Below, piece by piece: positions 8,762-14,955 of a DNA stretch of 64,000 bases. Numbering within the stretch: the stretch's first letter is position 1; each line of letters begins with the position of its first letter. Origin of the DNA: Candidatus Angelobacter sp. GTDB lineage: Bacteria > Acidobacteriota > Terriglobia > Terriglobales > Acidobacteriaceae. The DNA lies in assembly GCA_035712465.1 (NCBI GenBank), contig DASTAS010000006.1, forward strand, positions 95,116-159,115, written 5' to 3'. The notes below the pieces were generated by a model. That model saw only the letters and a program-made list of their open reading frames with translations. It ran no database searches and had not been told where the DNA came from. The translations under genes and the position numbers were made by a program.

Positions 8762-10108
8762 TTGTGCTTACTAATACCGTTTTGTTTAACCGCTCAAATG
8801 GGCCCGCGAATGGTGGCCCGTACTATACAACACCAACAACAGACGCCCGTTGCCACAAGCAAGCCAATCTCAATCAACTTCGAACCGACGGTCGCAACTC
8901 AAATCGCCTTTTCTTCTTTGAAAGTACCCGTCGAAGCTAGCCAACACATTACGATTAGTTTGGCAGATGGTACAAATTTCAAGGAGGCGCATCAGTGCGA
9001 CACCGAGGAAAAGGAGAAAACTGACTGTCTGATTATCTTCGCCTTCATGGCCCAGAGGGGTACAAAGGACGGTGCGACTTTCAAAGACACAGCAAAAGTA
9101 TCGACGGTAGATGATTCTACAAAAGATACCAAAATCACCACAGTTACTCTTAACGGAAGCACTCCAGTAGCAACCGCGTCCGCAAGCGTGACATCAACGT
9201 GCAGGCCCCCAGATAATAATTGGTTCCCAACTGTGCGCTCCTCTCTCGTGCCTCCAGGCAATTCCTTCCCCTCCGGCTCAGAGGATCTTGCCATTGCAGT
9301 GGTCAAGAAATTCGATTCTACGCGTAATCTCTGGGGTGAGCAGAAGGAAGCAGTTATCAATTGTTACTATCAGACGAACAGCCAACTCGCTTTTTTTACG
9401 CAGATCCGGTCAATTTACAACGCGATGTCAACTTCAACGACAGTTGCAGCAAATATTGGTTCCTACAACTTTAATAATGGAATGCAGTTGTCGTTAGGAA
9501 CTAACATACAGGCTGGACCCGCAGGTCCGTCAAATAAAGCGGTCGCCGGGCCTATTCCAACTTTGACCGCCACTGGCTCGGCACAAGCGGCACAGAATCT
9601 CTTTTATGGCGGAAATCTCTATATATATGATGAGTTCCCCGTTCTCATCAAGAAAGATTCAGGGTCGATTCGTTGGCATTTTCTTTATGACATATTGGCC
9701 CGGGAGGGAGTTGACATCCAAAACTTCAACGGGACCACAACTACAGCAACGAGTCCGACTACTCACTTCAATCTCTCTAACGAAATGTATTGGCAGTACG
9801 ACGCAGACCCACAGGATTCACCAACTCCTCCATTGGCCGTCTTTCTCGGAGGGCAGTACGGGTACGCATATACAGCGGTGCGTTATGCGCAGCAATACGG
9901 ATTTCTGAACAAGTCTAATGCTCAGGTGGGAGCGATATCTCTCGGCCTGATAGTGACAGGCCAATTTGATGTAACAGTACTGCGGCAATTTGGCCCAAGC
10001 CAAAAGTTTATCGATAGCAGCACAGGAGCCGTTGGAGTCGTGAATAACTTCAAGTCATGGTCGTTTGGTATTCAATACCAAACGAAGGGCATATCCACAT
10101 CAAAGTGA
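8762..10108 (+). CDS. Orphan Thr/Ser/Asn/Gln-rich protein (up to 448 aa; start uncertain: TTG 8762, ATG 8798 or ATG 8813)
   Basis: Long uninterrupted ORF in AT-richer DNA. No obvious signal peptide and no motif I recognise. Confidence 0.55.
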   Translation: MCLLIPFCLTAQMGPRMVARTIQHQQQTPVATSKPISINFEPTVATQIAFSSLKVPVEASQHITISLADGTNFKEAHQCDTEEKEKTDCLIIFAFMAQRGTKDGATFKDTAKVSTVDDSTKDTKITTVTLNGSTPVATASASVTSTCRPPDNNWFPTVRSSLVPPGNSFPSGSEDLAIAVVKKFDSTRNLWGEQKEAVINCYYQTNSQLAFFTQIRSIYNAMSTSTTVAANIGSYNFNNGMQLSLGTNIQAGPAGPSNKAVAGPIPTLTATGSAQAAQNLFYGGNLYIYDEFPVLIKKDSGSIRWHFLYDILAREGVDIQNFNGTTTTATSPTTHFNLSNEMYWQYDADPQDSPTPPLAVFLGGQYGYAYTAVRYAQQYGFLNKSNAQVGAISLGLIVTGQFDVTVLRQFGPSQKFIDSSTGAVGVVNNFKSWSFGIQYQTKGISTSK

Positions 10109-10279
10109 GGGAATGGAACGACCGGGTAGGATTTATGATTGTTTGTGATTTTGTGTGAGTTCCCGCCGGGCACGGTTTTCGTCTGGTGGGTCGGAGTCCC
10201 AAAGAGTGGCCACCCGACATTAGTTCTGAGGGACAGAAAAACCGGTCGAAAGGCTGGCCCACCGCCTTGACCGCTGTCC

Positions 10280-11287
10280 TTATTGTAACGACTCATTCCA
10301 CCACCAAGGCGGAGGGGCGGACAGGAATCCTTTAATGTTGTCATATTCCCAGTATTGAGCGGATGGGAGGAGTTCCCGCCATCGATCTCTGGTTGCCTGG
10401 GAAGGATCGATCACACAAAGCCGTCGACGCGCTCCGCCGTCCGGAATCGAAATGTTGAAGAGTTCTCTCGCTTTTACGTCGGTAGTAGCCATTGAGAAGC
10501 CCCACACAATTATGAATTCAGTTTTTTTCAGCTGCTGGTGCGCCTTTTGCCAAAGCCAGAGCCATGGCTGTCTCGTGACTTGCTTATCCCAAAATGGAAG
10601 GAATATAGGGAATCGTGTGCCTTCTCCCGAACTCCGGTATCCTGGTGTATCATCAAAGTTGTCCCATGCTGTCGTCCGAACTTGGAGTTGGTCGTCTTTC
10701 ATGCGCCAGTTGACGCTCCCGTGTAACTTGAGGATCTTTGGAAAATGGGAAACAGGGTGTTCCTTGGGATCTAGATGGTAGATTCCAGGCACGAATGGCA
10801 CGTTATTCATTTCGGCGTATTGCCGCAGCGCTCTTTCGACCACAAGATCATAATTGAACGAGATAACCGCATCGTTCCTCCCAAGACCCTGGAGCAGCCT
10901 CTCGTGATTCTTACACGCCTGCGTACCGTGCGCCTTGCGAAGCAATGCGACGATCGCCCTTGCAAAGTGACTAACTACAGCTTCCTCCTCAGTTTTGTCC
11001 ACCGCCCCCGTAAGCTTCCTCCGTAAATAACTGCGCATGTGCAATGTGTAAAAAGCTCTCTCCAATGAGCGGCGGTATTCGAACGGCAGCCGTAGTATTT
11101 TTTCCAGAACCCATCCAACCGCAGCCTCATCTTTCTCTTGCGGCTCCAAACGTTGAAGCAGATCGAAGAAGTCCCTGTCTAATGGTGATGGAACGTCGGT
11201 ATTGCCTGCATATGAGACTGAACGGCTCGCGCCAGCGCCGAGGACAAATGTCACACTGCCATGTGCGCCCTTTATCGCTTCTACCAT
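10280..11287 (-). CDS. Stand-alone SIR2-like (SIR2_2-type) protein, predicted NAD+-consuming enzyme
   Basis: Motifs FVLGAGAS (res 14-21), SFNYD (143-147), LKLHGS (186-191) and IIVWGFS..D (259-270). GAGG lies 12 nt upstream of the ATG. Confidence 0.8.
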   Translation of the reverse strand: MVEAIKGAHGSVTFVLGAGASRSVSYAGNTDVPSPLDRDFFDLLQRLEPQEKDEAAVGWVLEKILRLPFEYRRSLERAFYTLHMRSYLRRKLTGAVDKTEEEAVVSHFARAIVALLRKAHGTQACKNHERLLQGLGRNDAVISFNYDLVVERALRQYAEMNNVPFVPGIYHLDPKEHPVSHFPKILKLHGSVNWRMKDDQLQVRTTAWDNFDDTPGYRSSGEGTRFPIFLPFWDKQVTRQPWLWLWQKAHQQLKKTEFIIVWGFSMATTDVKARELFNISIPDGGARRRLCVIDPSQATRDRWRELLPSAQYWEYDNIKGFLSAPPPWWWNESLQ

Positions 11288-11552
11288 TTAATTGCACCTC
11301 GTTTTAGTCTGTGACAAGAAGAAGCGTTAGCCTGAAGTGAATCTTTTCTATAAGCATGGTTACCGTGGACGGAGAAGTGCTCAGTTAAAGTTAGCGGGTC
11401 TTCACTCTTCTTCCTAGGGATTCTTTTCCTGCGGCTTGGCGGGAGCTGCTGGGGCTACCGGTGTCATTGGGGCCGGCTGCCTTCCGCCTTGGGTCGGCAT
11501 GGGAACGGTGGTGGAATCAATCTTCTGTTCGGTTCGGTCGGACACTCGCAGC

Positions 11553-11771
11553 TCATCCTTTCTTGGGAGGAGGTGGTGCCGGCTTAACGACCGCGGGTGC
11601 CGAATTCTTTGGCTGCGCCGGCGTCATTTCAACCGGGCTGCGTCCCCTTTCAGCCGCATTCGGCTGAAGAGCGGCTTTTGGACAAGGGGTGATTGGCGTC
11701 ATCTGAATTGGTGTTCGGCCGTCTTGAACTCGGACAGGCCCTATTGGCTTCTTACTGCAATCGTGACTCAT
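11553..11771 (-). CDS. Proline-rich small ORF (72 aa; may continue to 11414 after a +1 shift)
   Basis: Its ATG overlaps the stop of the upstream 3-TM gene (ATGA at 11768-11771). It has repeated xMTPxxP units. An open +1 frame runs across its stop and carries one more unit. Confidence 0.35.
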   Translation of the reverse strand: MSHDCSKKPIGPVRVQDGRTPIQMTPITPCPKAALQPNAAERGRSPVEMTPAQPKNSAPAVVKPAPPPPKKG

Positions 11772-12235
11772 TTGTGCATCCTCGAGATGTTTTCAATCAC
11801 GAATACCACGGTTGAGATCACGCCTGCAAGAAAAAAGATCGACCCAACAAGCGCGCAGGCTGAAATTGCCCTAGACCAGATGCTTTTCTTATTGAAAAAC
11901 TCCCGCTTGCCCTCAATATAGTACTTGTAAAGGTCATCAGTGTATGCGGAATGGGCTCGCTGGCTGAAGGCATACGATGCAATGGTGACAACGATGCATC
12001 CTGCAAAAAGAAGCCATGATGAGTAGAGCCATCCCAGACCAGACGCCTCCTGCAACTTTACAATATCTTTAATAAACGCGAGCGACAGGCCAAGGGCGCC
12101 GCTCGAGAATTTCAGGAGGTTCTTATCGAACTCATCAGAACTGGCCTGTCGGTCCTCCCATGCGCGGGACCGGTGCTCTCGGAATTCATCCCATTGGGGT
12201 TCCCAAGCCGCTTCTATTTGTTTTTGCTTACACAT
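11768..12235 (-). CDS. Small membrane protein with three predicted TM helices (155 aa)
   Basis: Charged N-terminal ~40 aa, then hydrophobic stretches FSSGALGLSLAFI, WLYSSWLLFAGCIVVTIASYAF and AISACALVGSIFFLAGVISTVVFVI. Confidence 0.6.
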   Translation of the reverse strand: MCKQKQIEAAWEPQWDEFREHRSRAWEDRQASSDEFDKNLLKFSSGALGLSLAFIKDIVKLQEASGLGWLYSSWLLFAGCIVVTIASYAFSQRAHSAYTDDLYKYYIEGKREFFNKKSIWSRAISACALVGSIFFLAGVISTVVFVIENISRMHK

Positions 12236-12293
12236 TCCAGCAGCATACTAGCATTTAAAGTGATCCGCATCCCCGCCTCGCTTTTCCGCTCCG

Positions 12294-13094
12294 CTATGAT
12301 TTATGCCGTCGTCCGATGTGGGCCACAATTGCTCCCGCCCACCGCCCGAGTCGTTCGGGTTGGGGGTCGCCCATGCATCTGTAGAAGACGATCATCGTAT
12401 TTGCGACATAGGCGGCGATGTTGAAAGCACTCATGTATCGTTTGTCGTCACGGCTTCTTCCGTGCACCAAAAAGACGTCACGGCCTGCCTGTACAACGTG
12501 GTTTCCTAGAGCGGCGATCGTCGGATGCACGTAGTGAGACGTCAATCGGTAAATCACGCGGTAGGCGAAATCATGCACTGCAGGTTTACCTGTTGCTGGA
12601 TCGGTTTCGACAGTGTCGGGCTCCAATGCCATTTCCTTTACGCTTTTGCCTGACCATTTATGTGGAGACGCATATTGTGCAGCAATCAGCTTCGTCTTCG
12701 GGCCTAATGGTTGCGCGCTTAATGGCCAGTAATCAGCAATAATCTTCGTCCACTCCTCACTGTCCTTTGCATAGAACCGGCAGAACCGTTGTGCCCTGTT
12801 ATCAGTATCTGAATTTCCGATATAGTGCAAGGTAATAAAGATATCTACTAAAGTCCGCGTCATACCAAATGCTTCTTCTTGAAAACCAGCCTCCAGCAGA
12901 GTGATGGTGGCTTCAGCAACGGTGATGCATTTCGAGTACAAAGCGAGAGCAGCAATATAGCGGTACCCTTCGTACGGCGGATAGTATCGCGCATCGTTCA
13001 GCTGAGATTTCGCATACACGACGAACCTCCGCAGGTGTTCGGTTGCGTTTCGTTTACAGCTTCGCTGTACTTTGTTGACTTTCGCCGATGACAT
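12294..13094 (-). CDS. Hypothetical alpha-helical protein (266 aa; possibly DUF5677-like)
   Basis: The ATG at 13094 has GGAGG 10 nt upstream; the ORF track's alternative TTG start is at 13142. The DUF5677 resemblance is from memory only. Confidence 0.6.
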   Translation of the reverse strand: MSSAKVNKVQRSCKRNATEHLRRFVVYAKSQLNDARYYPPYEGYRYIAALALYSKCITVAEATITLLEAGFQEEAFGMTRTLVDIFITLHYIGNSDTDNRAQRFCRFYAKDSEEWTKIIADYWPLSAQPLGPKTKLIAAQYASPHKWSGKSVKEMALEPDTVETDPATGKPAVHDFAYRVIYRLTSHYVHPTIAALGNHVVQAGRDVFLVHGRSRDDKRYMSAFNIAAYVANTMIVFYRCMGDPQPERLGRWAGAIVAHIGRRHKS

Positions 13095-13143
13095 TTCGCA
13101 CAGGCCTCCCCGCATATCATCCGTTATTGGCCGGAAGCTCAAG

Positions 13144-14220
13144 CTACTGGGCGTGGAATCTCCACACTCCGGGAGTGACCTCGGAAAATTGATCGCTGTT
13201 CCGGAGCACGCGACGAATATAGGGCCTGAAATTCTGAGCTCGCGACACGTAGCCCTGCCTTTTCATCTGCAACTCCAGATCAGCGACCGACATTGGCTCC
13301 TTGCTCGTAGCGATGATCGCCCGAAGATGCATAAGAGCCGAGCGCTTTTTCTGCTTTGGCAGAGCGGAGCGTATCTCTTGTCCGGACTTTCGCAGCGTCA
13401 TCATTGCGGTGCCGAATTCTTGGATCGCATGAGCGAGCATATTGAGCACTTCCGGCTTCAATTTCGCTGCTCCGTGGTATCCGGCACGAAGCCAGGAAAG
13501 TAATTTAGTCCTCGACTTAGGATGAATCAGGGCCGCTGCCAATACTCCGGCGAGTAGCGCCTGTGCGGGCTTTGGAAGCTGCAACACACGTTCGAACAGC
13601 GCTCTTAGCAGATTCCAGAACGCCAGCAGGGCACCGACAGCGACCGTGGCAGTAGTAACTGTACCTGCTAAGCCTCCAAGTGTGACACTCGCCGATCGAA
13701 CGTAGTCTCGCGCCGTGATATCCAAGCAGATCGTGATCACAGGTCCATGCATACCTCGCAGGTGGCGATCGCTCGAATAGACTGGTATTCCCAAATCCTC
13801 ACTGGCATGCTTGTATGGAAGGTCGTCAGGATCGACTGCAGCTTGGGGCCCTGATCGGATGCGAGGTTCGTATACGTTCAGCAGCTGTTGAACTTTCTCC
13901 CACTCCGCCTCTGCCTGCTCGATTGTGGCTCCCGTTTGTGTTGCAATTTCACCTAGATGCTCTTCAATTTCAGAATACAAATGGCGAGGAACCAGCGGGA
14001 CATAAAAGCCGGATTCGATTACCTCATGAAAAGCGGAACGAGCGTCAGGGTTGCGCCTTCGCCGCAGCCGCCACCTGAGTTCACGCTGAACTTTTTCCGC
14101 GTCCACAATGATTTGAACCTCGACCAGATCGCCCAAAATCTGTCGCAGCACAGGTGAGTTCTCAAACATCCTGCGGAGCTGCCGCAGATAATCGGAGCGG
14201 AATAGAGAGTTCTTGCTCAT
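13144..14220 (-). CDS. PIN-like domain / hydrophobic (TM) segment / C-terminal winged-helix protein (358 aa)
   Basis: Acidic residues D40, E84-E87, D130-D133 and D151 (VYSSDRHL) have PIN-like spacing. Hydrophobic helices lie at about 178-206 and 218-233. The C-terminus ...SVADLELQMKRQGY...FSEVTPGVWRF looks like HARE/Mrr_N-type wHTH. Confidence 0.6.
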   Translation of the reverse strand: MSKNSLFRSDYLRQLRRMFENSPVLRQILGDLVEVQIIVDAEKVQRELRWRLRRRRNPDARSAFHEVIESGFYVPLVPRHLYSEIEEHLGEIATQTGATIEQAEAEWEKVQQLLNVYEPRIRSGPQAAVDPDDLPYKHASEDLGIPVYSSDRHLRGMHGPVITICLDITARDYVRSASVTLGGLAGTVTTATVAVGALLAFWNLLRALFERVLQLPKPAQALLAGVLAAALIHPKSRTKLLSWLRAGYHGAAKLKPEVLNMLAHAIQEFGTAMMTLRKSGQEIRSALPKQKKRSALMHLRAIIATSKEPMSVADLELQMKRQGYVSRAQNFRPYIRRVLRNSDQFSEVTPGVWRFHAQ

Positions 14221-14228
14221 TTTTGAGT

Positions 14229-14258
14229 ATCATACATGCGAATCAAAGACGAAGTCAA
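14229..14258 (-). promoter_or_regulatory. Sigma70-like promoter giving a near-leaderless transcript of the PIN/SIR2 operon
   Basis: Minus strand reads TTGACT, an 18-nt spacer, TATGAT, then 8 nt to the ATG at 14220. Confidence 0.4.
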
Positions 14259-14627
14259 AATTGTCTTTGGTTTTTTCGCCGATGCCAGAAAACTATTGCT
14301 CTTAGCTGTTTTGAGGCGCTCTCCGCCCAGCGAGATAAGTTTGGAATTAGAGTTGTGTTTACCAGTTTGTTATTGTTTCGCCAAAGGGATTCATGCTAGC
14401 GTGAGTAGATTTTGCCCGACTCCGTTTGAACGATGGGGTGAGCGCCGGCCAAATGAGTAATGGCGTGCAGCAACCGGCAGCGGCAAAACCGGACCGGCCC
14501 AGGCCGGAGTGGCGGAAAGCCAGTATCTGCAGTTGAGAAAAGGCCCGCCATAAATGGTCTTTCACAATTTAGCCTTAGCAGTTGGCATTGAGCTCTTAGC
14601 CAAACCTGCTGCGCACGAGCCAGTGGC

Positions 14628-14704
14628 ACTCAGCCATTGCCTCAGCCGTTGGCACCCAACCATTGGCATCCTGCCATTGGTACTCAGCCGTTAGCGGTTA
14701 GCTT
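14628..14704. repeat. Degenerate 13-14-nt tandem repeat (CAGCCRTTGGCA-like, about 5-6 units)
   Basis: ctcagccattgcc / tcagccgttggca / cccaaccattggca / tcctgccattggta / ctcagccgttagcg. Confidence 0.6.
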
Positions 14705-14817
14705 CTGTCTGGTGGATATTTACTTAGTAGTACAATCCGCTGTTTTCGCATGCGCGGGGGAACAACAGAACTGCGAAAATCAACGCCGGGGAGGCTTCCG
14801 CTAAGTCCTTATTTTTC

Positions 14818-14847
14818 GGGGTTGACGGGGAGGGGGTAGGGGGTGGG
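14818..14847 (+). other. G-quadruplex-capable G-tract cluster
   Basis: GGGG-ttgac-GGGG-a-GGGGG-ta-GGGGG-t-GGG. Confidence 0.4.
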
Positions 14848-14955
14848 TCTAAGGTTTACTCAACGGTACAATCGCTCAATCGCCCCGAATGGCCGTGAGG
14901 AGATCGCCGATATCGCCCGTGATCGGGAAACAAGGATCGGTAACGGACCGGGTAT

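Noticed and set aside
11436-11921. 161-aa plus-strand ORF in the SIR2 operon gap
   Set aside because: It lies antisense to the ATGA-coupled Pro-rich ORF and to the 3' end of the 3-TM gene. Its sequence is Arg/Gly/Trp-rich, with no start context.
14622-14640. Sigma-54 promoter-like TGGCAC...TTGC in the tandem-repeat region
   Set aside because: The GG-to-GC spacing is 14 nt rather than the 12 nt required. There is also no plus-strand gene downstream.
14572-14704. CRISPR array (also considered for 23359-23445)
   Set aside because: The units are 13-22 nt and directly abutting with no unique spacers. They are degenerate, and no cas genes are present.
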